A DNA stretch of 64,000 bases from a virus, in the IMG/VR virus record IMGVR_UViG_3300039208_000624; one strand, given 5' to 3'. The notes under the pieces were generated by a model. It saw only the letters and a list, made by a program, of their open reading frames with translations. It did no database searches and was not told the origin of the DNA. Made by a program: the position numbers and the translations under genes. Numbering within the stretch: position 1 is the stretch's first letter; each line of letters begins with the position of its first letter. Shown here piece after piece: positions 49,701 through 58,357 of the stretch.

Positions 49701-51826
49701 AGATCTACGTCTGCATCACGTAGAGCATTATCAAAGCCGTCAATGAATTCTTGTGCGGCATCAGCTCCACCCAATCTTTGCTCTGCAAGCTTGTCGGCAA
49801 TCTGAGGTAGAATCTGGGCACCCAAGGAGCTTCGAGCAATTTGCTCAAGAACCTGTGGGGACAACCCCGCCTTGTCTGGATCAAGCTCAATGTTCTCTGT
49901 TAATAGTTTGACGAATTCATCGGGATCAAAGTTGCCAAAAGCGTCAACAGTTCGGGATAGTGCATTTTCAATGTCGGCAAATGCCTCTCCACCTTGCAAT
50001 GCACTTCGTCTGAATTCATTTAGTGCTTGTGCAGTTCTTTCATTTTCCTCAATATCAGCAAGCTGCTGACTACGCTCCTCAAAGAACTTGGCAAGATCAG
50101 TACCACTTTGAATAATGGCAGTGAAGGAACCCGCAACGAGACCGGCCTTCGCACTGATCAGTCCGAACGATAAGCCTGTGTTTAGGGCGTTTGAGCCGAT
50201 GTCATCAAAGCTCTTCAGAGTGTCACCAAATACGCTGTCACTCTCTCCAAACCTGTCGGTCAGAACCTTGGTAACTGTATTTAGTGTTACCATAGCGGCA
50301 GCTATCAAGCCAACCTTGCCAGCCGTAGTATTGAATGCATCGGAAGCCTGGATCGCAGCTCCAATCAATCTACGCTTCGCGGTTACTTGAGTAGCAGAAG
50401 TAGTATTAAGCAAGTTGATCTGAGTTACTGCACGACCGAGCTGCTGGTTAAAGCCCTTGAAGTTACTGCCACCCCCGCCACCAGATCCACCAGATCCGCG
50501 GGCACCGAATATAGAACGACCTGCGGCTACTGCACCTACGAGACCAAGCGGACCAAGAGACGCACCGAGTCCGTCAGCAAGACCAACAATGGCCTGCAAT
50601 CCTTTGGCAAGCTGATTAGCTGCTTCTACCGCACTACGGAAGAAATCAAGAATTCCTGACTGACCAAGAACACCCGCCAGCTTTTGAAACTCGCCAATTG
50701 TCTGCTGAATTTGGAAGCCAAGTCCCTTCTGTACTACTGCAAGTTTCTCATCGGAAGTGCCCTGAGCTTCTGACGCTATGGCTGTCAGCTCGTTTGCACG
50801 CTCAAGAGAATTGAGGGTAGCAGTCAGAGACTCAAACTGACGAACACCGGCAATAGACTTAGCGGCCGAGGCTGCTTGGGCCTCAGTAAGACCGTCAAAG
50901 GCCGTCTTCAAATCATTAAGAACGTCAAGGGTGGGTCTCAGTGAACCATCAAGATTTTCAACAGAAACTCCCAGTCCCTCTACCGCATCTCGGGCTTCGC
51001 CAGCAGCGAACAGTCGAGTCTGCAAAGTCTTAAAGAATGTACCGACTTCACGTCCAGACTTACGTGTCTGCTCAGTAAGAGCGGCAACCAACGAAACAGA
51101 GTCTTCGAAGCTCTTGGCGAACTCGGCCAGAGCATTACCGCCAGTACGGAAGGCTTCTGCCACATCCTGGGCGTTAACAGCAGCAGAGTCCTCGACCTTG
51201 GCCAAGACGTCAACTGCTACAGATGTGTTTTCTACTTCGTCGCGGAACTGCTTGGATACCTGAATCAAAAGTTCTTGTGCCTGAGCCAGCCCCAAAGTAG
51301 TAACCTGAGAAGCCAACGTGGCTTTCTCAGCATTTTCAAACGCTTCTTCAATACTGAAGCCAGCCTGCTTGAATACCCTGACAGTATCCGCAACCTCTTC
51401 TACGCTGGCACCAAGATTAATACCGATACGGAAGATGTTCTCGGCCAAGAATCCAAACTGATCGCTAAGACCCTGAATATCAATTCGGATAATTTTCAGA
51501 AGCTGTTGCTCGAAATCCACAAGAAACTTGGCACCGCCTTGAATAGAACGATTAAGAGTTGCAAAAGCTGGCAATAGCACGGCGAACTGAGCCATACGCT
51601 GCAAAAACGTTCTTGCCGCATTGGACATTGATCCAACATTGCGGGCGGTTACAGCAGTAGTCTTATTAGCCTTCTGCATCTGACGATTTACATCATCAGT
51701 GTGACGTACGGTTTGCTTGAGGTTAACATTGATACCGGCAGTAAGCTGACTAAGCTGTCTGAAAACAGCCTGATTAACCTGAACGCCAGTCAGTCTTAGT
51801 ATGGCATCAAGTTGTACAGCGGCCAT
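46730..51826 (-). CDS. Tail tape measure protein (1698 aa)
   Basis: TP901-type core (DFEQQL..I.R..., EEVADTVRVFKQAGFS, AEAFRTGG, KSGREVGTFFKTLQTRL, IAGVRQF), long A/L/Q/E-rich helical body. Confidence 0.93.
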   Translation of the reverse strand: MAAVQLDAILRLTGVQVNQAVFRQLSQLTAGINVNLKQTVRHTDDVNRQMQKANKTTAVTARNVGSMSNAARTFLQRMAQFAVLLPAFATLNRSIQGGAKFLVDFEQQLLKIIRIDIQGLSDQFGFLAENIFRIGINLGASVEEVADTVRVFKQAGFSIEEAFENAEKATLASQVTTLGLAQAQELLIQVSKQFRDEVENTSVAVDVLAKVEDSAAVNAQDVAEAFRTGGNALAEFAKSFEDSVSLVAALTEQTRKSGREVGTFFKTLQTRLFAAGEARDAVEGLGVSVENLDGSLRPTLDVLNDLKTAFDGLTEAQAASAAKSIAGVRQFESLTATLNSLERANELTAIASEAQGTSDEKLAVVQKGLGFQIQQTIGEFQKLAGVLGQSGILDFFRSAVEAANQLAKGLQAIVGLADGLGASLGPLGLVGAVAAGRSIFGARGSGGSGGGGGSNFKGFNQQLGRAVTQINLLNTTSATQVTAKRRLIGAAIQASDAFNTTAGKVGLIAAAMVTLNTVTKVLTDRFGESDSVFGDTLKSFDDIGSNALNTGLSFGLISAKAGLVAGSFTAIIQSGTDLAKFFEERSQQLADIEENERTAQALNEFRRSALQGGEAFADIENALSRTVDAFGNFDPDEFVKLLTENIELDPDKAGLSPQVLEQIARSSLGAQILPQIADKLAEQRLGGADAAQEFIDGFDNALRDADVDLSGVNRAVFLIRNLFAQIGDDVIRPLNTVETATGAVQRRLDSLEFDQNVVRPLANLRNVATELRAELDSLNAELANQDLGFDPTTQERLQAIQTESQIVAIKTANSFKTLSDAISDTGNQAAGQSLADAVRNIVDTAGPEVVQGIDDIKNLLRPEVLSLSQFTSQQVNNIIKAVVQSVELEKDAKELDLQEARIRAEERIKLANQEREAAEKAAEGVIKFNDQLIRIGGALGGNLINDLQGFDGSQIQGILDGTISATAEIERFVKIIAGDPITQANEKLKASLMASATTIDAYKAQLDALNSSIQDAQAGGRRQAGGVALDEALKNREKLEQKIADLIRSRDEERLQLTIKRVQAQFDQQKKLAEEEKKRIQALEELEKAQRKFNQTLGESRVELDRFIQDQQQSGLDQVASAQSDLKSAQQDVLSSTQNLSDAFFDFNRAVLEFNDVVAEGRIESNLIGTEIANLTGEVSTFQGRLTGLNRSFNSVLEDSNLTLQKRIELERQLAEETIAFLEQAKGEIVNAGLTVFGQTGEENAALQTGIQGLEMIAQRLGGSFESFLGLSDSNINQLGNELLNLPVEFRRQILDALNLLPSSVDIGGFSVEQLETAIGQLGAGAGAGIGLPSIEDLTQQQVAQLERLQGLAERDAELQFGQLFAAREQLDAAKEQLDAAEIAEERARENLMGVQLAVLEQTSVLQSAQALQNQLTDQIIQAGSQDTLNLITREAELFREQNSAFAAIGDNIVQAIRGLAGARAGVLGAAVGNGAKGFIPNFAGGNLSLDEISGLIQAAAREKRAMPGGAGLAVANDSEIIIPTRNKGHVPNFQGGSDIAAGIESIKGINETVVAAIARSVTQALTDVDNGDGQDQLEQSRMTNDKLDDVANLLDTAITSLSNIETTSATTAAAADTGNTPGAAGAGGNVAIDVTTNQQSSVTVTGLENLRTEIEAAIQSAASEQIAAQLDPVLEQIEVALGVLRENSQLSSLGQSI

Positions 51827-52482
51827 TACCTAAGCTCCCTCTGCAAAAGGTTGAATGCTTTGTTGATGATCGCACCTTTTATGGCGAACTCGTTCTTGGC
51901 CACCCACTTCTTCTCGAAGTCTACAAACTCGATAGGAAATGACCAGAATCCAGAACTGCCAAGTGTAGGAGACTGAAGCATCAAACCACCAAGCGGTGCT
52001 CGAAGTCTAATCGACTTCTGTCCTCCACGAGAAATCTTTTCTCTTGGCACAAAACCAAAACTGCTCACTACACGATCAAAAAGCACCCACTCCATCCATG
52101 ACTTTGTAGTCAGTTTTCCTCTTCCACTAAATGGATGTGGCGTCATGCTCTTCAGCACTTCCACATCACCAAATCTCAATCTAACCGTTCTCGCCGTCAC
52201 CTTTGTCTTGAAGGCTCTCTTGTATGCTTCCAGTAACTTAGGCGGCTCTGAAGCTGGGATACCAAGCTCACTTAGTCCCTGCGGACTGGTAATGAATCTA
52301 TAAAGTTCAGTCTGGGCTATTCCCTCTATTCCCATACCGCCATTAATCAGTGCATCAACTAACTGGTTGCTCATCCATCTTTCGAGTCTTGGCAGCATCC
52401 TCTTCCACCCTCTCAGAAGGGCTTCCCTTATCGCTCTCTGCGGTGCCCCCACCAGTTTCAGTTGAAACGTCGCCTGGTTCAT
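51826..52482 (-). CDS. Hypothetical protein upstream of the tape measure (tail-associated)
   Basis: Basic 218-aa ORF from MNQATF (52482; ORF track 52500), ending in a stop adjacent to the TMP start. Confidence 0.65.
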   Translation of the reverse strand: MNQATFQLKLVGAPQRAIREALLRGWKRMLPRLERWMSNQLVDALINGGMGIEGIAQTELYRFITSPQGLSELGIPASEPPKLLEAYKRAFKTKVTARTVRLRFGDVEVLKSMTPHPFSGRGKLTTKSWMEWVLFDRVVSSFGFVPREKISRGGQKSIRLRAPLGGLMLQSPTLGSSGFWSFPIEFVDFEKKWVAKNEFAIKGAIINKAFNLLQRELR

Positions 52483-53173
52483 CCGAAACCACCTCCTCAA
52501 CCCTACTCTTCACAATCGCGTCGGCCTCTTTTCCTTGTTCTACCGCACGATCAAGTATCCTTTCGGCAACCGTCTTCAGGTATTTGCTTTCAGGACAATC
52601 CTCAACCAACTTCTTGCTTTTGTCTGACATTACAATATCGTAAGCTTTCTGAAGCTCTTCGACGACTGTTGATCTTGTCTCGCCATCTCTCTCTTTAACG
52701 TACTCTTTATAGTTCTTCCAATATCTTTGATTAGTACCACCAATACGAGTGCAGGCTGCCATTACCGCTTCTTGCTTAATAAGCTCCGCGTATCCCTCTG
52801 CGGAGTTCATAAAAGCATTGTTAACAACCATGAACAGCTCAAACATTCTATTGCGTGCCTCAAACAGTTTCGTCGCAATAGCGGCACAGTTACTTTCTTC
52901 TGATTCAAGCTGTGCCTTACCGAGCTGAACCTCAAGATTTCCAACCTCTCTCAGTGCAGTCTGAAACTTATTGTCATCTTCAGCAGTCAGAATTCCCTTA
53001 TCCTTTAGAATCTCTCGCATTTTATCGCGAGTAAGAATACCCATCTGAATAGCATGAGAGAATGCCACCCTGTACTGAATCTCACCTTCAGAATCAATTA
53101 GCATCGTGGGCTCAATGATCTGAAAATTTATCTCTGCACCAAATCGGTCAATTGCCTTAAATTGATTCGTCAT
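52355..53173 (-). CDS. Putative tail assembly chaperone, paralogue of 53712..54917
   Basis: Helical, between tail tube and TMP; AIQMGILT...GILTAEDD...MNSAEGYAE...RYW matches the 401-aa protein. Confidence 0.55.
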   Translation of the reverse strand: MTNQFKAIDRFGAEINFQIIEPTMLIDSEGEIQYRVAFSHAIQMGILTRDKMREILKDKGILTAEDDNKFQTALREVGNLEVQLGKAQLESEESNCAAIATKLFEARNRMFELFMVVNNAFMNSAEGYAELIKQEAVMAACTRIGGTNQRYWKNYKEYVKERDGETRSTVVEELQKAYDIVMSDKSKKLVEDCPESKYLKTVAERILDRAVEQGKEADAIVKSRVEEVVSDEPGDVSTETGGGTAESDKGSPSERVEEDAAKTRKMDEQPVS

Positions 53174-53715
53174 TTCCTATTCCTGTAAAGCTTAACTACG
53201 TTTTCACGCCAGTCCCTATACCGCTCCCGAACATCCGGAAGCATCCGATACTTATCAAAAGCCGGTATGACTTCAACGCAGTCGTCCACACCAGCAATAC
53301 TCAAGACAAGATCTTCATCATTTTTATACACTATCCCGCCTTCAAGCTCCGCCCTTATGGCGTTCAATACGGATACTTTGTTCAACCCAGCGTGAATCTC
53401 AATACATGGCACGTCATTAAGTAGAGTAAAATCAACTTTTTGAACAGTTTCCATGAAAGTGCGAGTGAGAGTTATCGCACTATCGGTCACTCTTAACGGA
53501 CGAAAATCAATCTCGTAATCCGTTAGCTCATCGGAAGTTGCACGGATAGCCTCATTGAATACAGTCCTAACGGTGCCTTTAAAACGACGGGCATCATCTT
53601 GTCTCTGAAGATCGGGATATGCATCCTCAAACTTAGACAGAGTAGTAACCATTAAGTGATTGAGTCGTCGCTTTAAACTTGCACTTAATTGTTCTTGTGA
53701 TTTGTTCTTTTTCAT
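53170..53715 (-). CDS. Hypothetical protein (181 aa)
   Basis: Coupled by 4-nt overlaps on both sides. Confidence 0.7.
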   Translation of the reverse strand: MKKNKSQEQLSASLKRRLNHLMVTTLSKFEDAYPDLQRQDDARRFKGTVRTVFNEAIRATSDELTDYEIDFRPLRVTDSAITLTRTFMETVQKVDFTLLNDVPCIEIHAGLNKVSVLNAIRAELEGGIVYKNDEDLVLSIAGVDDCVEVIPAFDKYRMLPDVRERYRDWRENVVKLYRNRK

Positions 53716-54917
53716 CTCTTGTACACTGGAATCACGTTGGTTTTAGCACCTATCATCTCCCGAGATTTTCTATCTCTTAAATGATGCTCTTCAACTGTTC
53801 CCCTTTTTTCAACAGCAGCTTGCTGCGAATTCATTATGCCGCGAATTTTAGCAGGATTTCTTCCATAAATCCGTTCAGCAATTTCATCCTTTTCTTCTCT
53901 CGTGTAATCTCGCCAAGTACCATATTGACAAACATCATCATGCTTTCGAATTTCACCAAGACCTTTGCCTCTTTCTGAAAGAGCACCGCAGGTACAATCT
54001 TCGACATAGTACCCATCAAGAATCATCATTCGTTCATGATGATCATTACCAGTCTTAAACTTCTTGTCTTTTGTAGAAGATGACTTGTCTTCCTTACGCT
54101 TGATATCCCTATTAGCCAACCAATCATCAAGCTTCTCATCATCATCAATGATGTCAGCTTCAGGACATTCAGGATCTTCATAAACTGAATCGTACACACG
54201 GCTCCAGTACAGAAGCATTTTCTGGTTAAGATTGAAATCACACAAGGGGCGACGAAATAGGCCGGCGATATTCTCGCGACCAGCATTCCATATGAGCCGC
54301 CATTCTGCATTTTTGGCAACCCGTCGAATTTTCTCGGCCTGCCAAAGGTCTTGGATCACCAACCTATGTCCCAAGTAGGCACAAAAATTGGGATACTGAC
54401 TCTTGCATGCAAGGTATGCCTCATCACTATCCCATAGCGGTGTACCGTCTTCTTTTAGTGCTACTCGCGGTAGTACGGCGTAAATGCTTTGTTCGTGTGC
54501 GTAGTAGTCGGCAGAGTTCATAACGAGCCGATCTCTTTGATCGCGTACCAAGCGAATCTTCGCCTTAGTGTCTTTTACGGCCTTCTTTAGTTTCTTTACC
54601 TTGGCTCGTAATCTCTTATGTCTCTCAATCTCTCCCTCAAGAAACTTAATATGCTCTTCGCCTTTGGAAAACACGTCCTCGTCGTCTTCCGTCCATATAC
54701 CCCCCATACGTGCGTCGCTGATGATTTCGTCTTCAGTTCGAACGCCTTGATCAATAGCTAATTTACGAAACTTCTTCTTTTGGAAGATACGAAAATTCTG
54801 ATCTTCGATATTCAAGTCTCGCAGCAAAACCGTGGGAAAAGGAGATTCTATGTGGTCCGGAATGACCTCATACCTCTTGTCCCATAAAAGCTCTTGGATG
54901 GCTTCAGTGACGTCCAT
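53712..54917 (-). CDS. Putative tail assembly chaperone-like protein (401 aa)
   Basis: Directly downstream of the tail tube gene; AIDQGVRT...GIWTEDD...MNSADYYAH...PLW; C-terminal WRLIW...YWSRVYDSVYE..ECP..IIDDD..LDDW. Confidence 0.55.
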   Translation of the reverse strand: MDVTEAIQELLWDKRYEVIPDHIESPFPTVLLRDLNIEDQNFRIFQKKKFRKLAIDQGVRTEDEIISDARMGGIWTEDDEDVFSKGEEHIKFLEGEIERHKRLRAKVKKLKKAVKDTKAKIRLVRDQRDRLVMNSADYYAHEQSIYAVLPRVALKEDGTPLWDSDEAYLACKSQYPNFCAYLGHRLVIQDLWQAEKIRRVAKNAEWRLIWNAGRENIAGLFRRPLCDFNLNQKMLLYWSRVYDSVYEDPECPEADIIDDDEKLDDWLANRDIKRKEDKSSSTKDKKFKTGNDHHERMMILDGYYVEDCTCGALSERGKGLGEIRKHDDVCQYGTWRDYTREEKDEIAERIYGRNPAKIRGIMNSQQAAVEKRGTVEEHHLRDRKSREMIGAKTNVIPVYKR

Positions 54918-54918
54918 T

Positions 54919-54942
54919 AAAAAAGCACCCTACACGGGTGCT
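54919..54942 (-). terminator. Rho-independent terminator after the tail tube gene
   Basis: AGCACCC-GTGTA-GGGTGCT followed by TTTTT, directly before the next ATG. Confidence 0.8.
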
Positions 54943-54987
54943 GGAATCTGTTTACTAAAACTTCCTACACCCAATTTACCTATACCT

Positions 54988-55017
54988 GCCTACTCAACCC
55001 TAATGGGTTGAGTAGGC
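54988..55017. repeat. Perfect 13-bp inverted repeat (hairpin, 4-nt loop, no U-tail)
   Basis: GCCTACTCAACCC-TAAT-GGGTTGAGTAGGC in the 3' UTR of the tail tube gene. Confidence 0.9.
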
Positions 55018-55040
55018 TATTTTCAAACCTTAAAGGTTGA

Positions 55041-56459
55041 TTAGAACAATCCGAAGTCGCTTCGCTTAAACGAGTCGCCACCCACGTTGAATCGACTGTT
55101 TCCAGTTTCGAACAACACGATGCGATGGTTCGGCTGATAAAAGTCGTGAGACACGTTAAACACGTTGAAGGTCGTATAGTTGTAAGTGACGGTCATATTG
55201 TCGCCACCGGCATCTCCGCCGGCCATATCAACGCTTGTCAAGCGGCTCGTGTCACCCAGGTCAACCTGAAGACCGTCACAAGTTCTGATAATGACGGACT
55301 GACTGGACTGAGTGTTGTCGGGTCCACAGTCGATCGCCGAAGTAGCATCAATCAAATCGCCTTGAGCAGTGATAACTTCGATAGTTGTCGTCACTTCAAT
55401 GGGGAAGGAAACAACCTTGGCAAACGGACGTTTCGATCCAAGCTCGAAGATATCGTCACGACCGATAGTGGCAGAAACAGTGATCGTCTGAACATGTTCA
55501 GCGATATTATCCGTATTGGCATCACCAATCAACTGACTGACACCGCCAGCCGTTCCCGGTCCCTGAGTACCAAATCCACCATTCACAAATGCGTTGTCGA
55601 CGCCAGAAGCGACAAAAGTTGTAACGCCTGGAATATCGTCCGGGAGAACCGAACGACGAATATCGACTTCTTCGCGACGCTGGATACCAGAACCGACCAC
55701 TATGACGCCGAATCGATCGTTTCCACCTGCAATTTCGGCAGCACCACCTTCAACCAAAGTTGAAGTCAAGCCGTCGTTACCGAAGTGACCAGAAGGAAGA
55801 CCTTCAGGAGCATTTGGATTATTGCCAAGAGCATCATCTGGCCAAATTACCAAAGGCTCTCCACCACCCTGGCCACCATTATGGCCAGCAGTAATACCAG
55901 AGATCGCCTGGAATGTGCCCCAGATCTTGTCGTTGCCAACCAGAGTAATATCTTCCGTTACGAATCCATCAATCGGGAACGTATATGAAATATTCGACAC
56001 ATACATTCCAGAAGCCGTAACAATAGAGATAGGACGTCCGGTTGCACGGAACTGACTGTCAGGATAGATCTGCATCGCGACATCAACCCGGTACACATTA
56101 GTACGAGCAATAATGTCGTTCTGCTGAGTAGGATCAGTTACCATGAAGAAGAGAGGCTTTGCACCGTCAATGGCTTTCGAAAGCGTCATCTCAATATCAG
56201 GCTGTCTTTCCGAGTATTCGTAAAGCTCAACCTGACCAATCTGGAACACCTGCTCCAGATTAAAGTTTGTTGTCATGCCGGCAGACTGAAGCCCTCGGGG
56301 GACCTCCCATACGCCGCCGACCTCATCAATTCCAGAGGCGAGAGGGCCGTTCGCGTATTCACGGGAGTTGCGTGGGGCAACCGTCGAAGTTGCCGCTGCC
56401 GCATTATCCTTGATAGCGACTTGCTCAATCGCCCAAAAGACACGATTGTTGGTTACCAT
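55041..56459 (-). CDS. Putative major tail (tube) protein (472 aa)
   Basis: GLQSAGMTTNFNLEQVFQIGQVELYE, IFELGSKRPFAKVVSFPIEVTTTIEV; own TTAGTGTA motif, strong RBS and terminator (signs of an abundant protein); upstream of the chaperones and TMP. Confidence 0.7.
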   Translation of the reverse strand: MVTNNRVFWAIEQVAIKDNAAAATSTVAPRNSREYANGPLASGIDEVGGVWEVPRGLQSAGMTTNFNLEQVFQIGQVELYEYSERQPDIEMTLSKAIDGAKPLFFMVTDPTQQNDIIARTNVYRVDVAMQIYPDSQFRATGRPISIVTASGMYVSNISYTFPIDGFVTEDITLVGNDKIWGTFQAISGITAGHNGGQGGGEPLVIWPDDALGNNPNAPEGLPSGHFGNDGLTSTLVEGGAAEIAGGNDRFGVIVVGSGIQRREEVDIRRSVLPDDIPGVTTFVASGVDNAFVNGGFGTQGPGTAGGVSQLIGDANTDNIAEHVQTITVSATIGRDDIFELGSKRPFAKVVSFPIEVTTTIEVITAQGDLIDATSAIDCGPDNTQSSQSVIIRTCDGLQVDLGDTSRLTSVDMAGGDAGGDNMTVTYNYTTFNVFNVSHDFYQPNHRIVLFETGNSRFNVGGDSFKRSDFGLF

Positions 56460-56502
56460 TTCTTATTTCCCCCTGCAAGCACGCTTGCAAAAACAGTGTA
56501 CA

Positions 56503-56521
56503 CCGCCTATTACTACACTAA
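56503..56521 (-). promoter_or_regulatory. TTAGTGTA-N8-CGG motif (candidate late promoter)
   Basis: TTAGTGTA GTAATAGG CGG; the TAG is the stop of 56518..57543. Confidence 0.65.
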
Positions 56522-57543
56522 ATGGCAGTATCCCCAAGCGGTGGCAATTCCCTGATAGGACTAAATACGTGCCCGAGTGGCGTAGTAGGTGCATTAAGAT
56601 AAGTTACGACCTGATATTGCACCATAGCCTTTTCGTATTCCTCGTCAGCGGGCATATTTCTGGCGACAGACTCATCAATGTAAGATATCAGTCTGATCGG
56701 AACACCTGATCCTACGGTAGTTACCGTAACGTTATTTCTAACAAGCTCTTGGTAAGGATGATACTCTGGAGAAATCGCATTAAGTATTCCGGAAAGAGGA
56801 AGTGGCATCTTATTAAAGTCAATTAATGGCACTGACTTTCTATCCTGTCCCGTAAGCACATCAACGATATTATCTCTCGTCATATCGTCGAGAGCCCAGA
56901 TATGAAGATTAACTGTGTCTGTTGTAACCAAGCTTCTATTACCAAGCTCATAAGGCTCAGCAGTACGACGATCAACCTCAATGAAAATTGCAGGGAATGG
57001 ATAAGCATTTCCAGATGGATAGACAATCTGCATAGAAGTCAAGGGGTTTGTCATATACTGACTTTCCAATAAACCATCTCTGGCTTGCTGGTTAAATCTA
57101 TGCTCAAAATCTATACGAACCTCTCGATATGCAAATTCTGCCTGAACCTTTAGACCAAGTGATTGAGGATTGTTAAAAATGATTCTTCCATTGAGATAAT
57201 CAATAGTATGACCAAACGTGGGATCATTCGCCGCACGAAAAGCACCTTCAACAAAAATTCCTGACGCAAGAGTCGGCGGAACCACTACATTCGTTCCATC
57301 AATAGGAACTCCAGATTCATAGATCCACTCCCTAAACGGAGACTGCCAAACTTGACCTACGCCAACTCCTACAAGCTGTTTATGAGCCTCAGTATCAGGC
57401 AACAGTAAGCTCATGTCATTTCCATCGTAGAACATTTGCCCGCTGCCAACGTTTGAGAAGCAACCCTCTCGTAAAAAGTGGTGATCAAGAAAAAATTTGT
57501 AATTTAGCTTGAGCTGTGCTCTACGTTTAAAACTAAGAGACAT
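56518..57543 (-). CDS. Putative tail completion/terminator protein (341 aa)
   Basis: C-terminal FPAIFIEV....PYELG......V.LHIWALDD.TRDNIVDVL resembles tail terminators; position just before the tube gene. Confidence 0.55.
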   Translation of the reverse strand: MSLSFKRRAQLKLNYKFFLDHHFLREGCFSNVGSGQMFYDGNDMSLLLPDTEAHKQLVGVGVGQVWQSPFREWIYESGVPIDGTNVVVPPTLASGIFVEGAFRAANDPTFGHTIDYLNGRIIFNNPQSLGLKVQAEFAYREVRIDFEHRFNQQARDGLLESQYMTNPLTSMQIVYPSGNAYPFPAIFIEVDRRTAEPYELGNRSLVTTDTVNLHIWALDDMTRDNIVDVLTGQDRKSVPLIDFNKMPLPLSGILNAISPEYHPYQELVRNNVTVTTVGSGVPIRLISYIDESVARNMPADEEYEKAMVQYQVVTYLNAPTTPLGHVFSPIRELPPLGDTAI

Positions 57544-57819
57544 TGCAAGATACCTCTATATATTGTACTAATCCTTTAAGCCAATCGGCTCTATCTTGGG
57601 TTGGCAGGGATCTATTGCATTTCAAGCAAAGTATGCCGAAATCAAAACTTCTCCACAACTCTTGATTTCGATCTGTACATTTGTGACACGCAAGCCAATT
57701 CTTTGGATTGGTTTTTACTGAATCAGACCTATTGTTCCTACGCCATACCTTCCACTGGAATCTTGCTTAAAATCTTTCAAGTCTTTGGTAATGTCACAAA
57801 CCCCGCACTCTTTATTCAT
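57533..57819 (-). pseudogene. Frameshifted remnant of an endonuclease VII-type homing endonuclease
   Basis: Frame A: MNKECGVCDITKDLKDFKQDSSGRYGV...* (34 aa, N-terminal Zn-finger pattern). Frame -1: ...LACHKC...FGILCLKCNRSLPTQDRADWLKGLVQYIE* matching the EndoVII GLLC..CN..L...D...L..YL tail. Confidence 0.5.
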
Positions 57820-58355
57820 TATCCGTCGTTCTCGCCCAGGGCGATATCCTGTTCGTTGATTTCGTCAAGCTTTACAATAATATATCGTCTCTCAGAAAAT
57901 CCAATTGGACGCGTCTCATGAAGACTATATCTTCGCCCCTCTACCGTAAAAGAAAGGGCTTCCTTGACGTGATTCAGTGCCTCGATAGGCAGCGTAATTG
58001 CCGCCTGATTGGCTTTAAGATCTCCAATACCCTTCATATCATCACCCTCTTTGGTGGGCCCTATACGAATCTGTGCTGTATAAATGACATCTCGGGGCGT
58101 AACTCTTGTGCCTGTTCCTCGCGTATTTGTTTGGGGTGCTACCACGCGACCAAAGAAGGGGTTGTATTGAGCGGACTGTGGTTGACCCTGAGTAGTAACA
58201 TCTTGCTCTACCGCGGGCGGTAGATGAATAACAATATTTCTTCCAAGCTCAACAAAAGCATCATCCATGAACGAATGGTAAATGCTTTCCAAAAAGCCTC
58301 CAGGAATTACGCCACTTCCAGCCGAGAAGTCTTGCAGTGAAGCTTCTAAAATCAT
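57819..58355 (-). CDS. Putative head-closure / neck protein (178 aa)
   Basis: YNPFFG, IYTAQI, SFTVEGRRYSL...PIGFS..YIIVKLDE; position in the neck cluster. Confidence 0.55.
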   Translation of the reverse strand: MILEASLQDFSAGSGVIPGGFLESIYHSFMDDAFVELGRNIVIHLPPAVEQDVTTQGQPQSAQYNPFFGRVVAPQTNTRGTGTRVTPRDVIYTAQIRIGPTKEGDDMKGIGDLKANQAAITLPIEALNHVKEALSFTVEGRRYSLHETRPIGFSERRYIIVKLDEINEQDIALGENDG

Positions 58356-58357
58356 TA

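Noticed and set aside
55041-57543. Contractile tail sheath gene
   Set aside because: No sheath-like protein (FI-type motifs) is recognisable next to the tube gene in this window; morphology is left unassigned, and a sheath elsewhere in the genome is not excluded.
57715-57819. Programmed -1 frameshift producing an intact EndoVII-like protein
   Set aside because: The only slippery-looking run (GATTTTAAG) slips into a TAA, and the catalytic DH core is missing; treated as a pseudogene.
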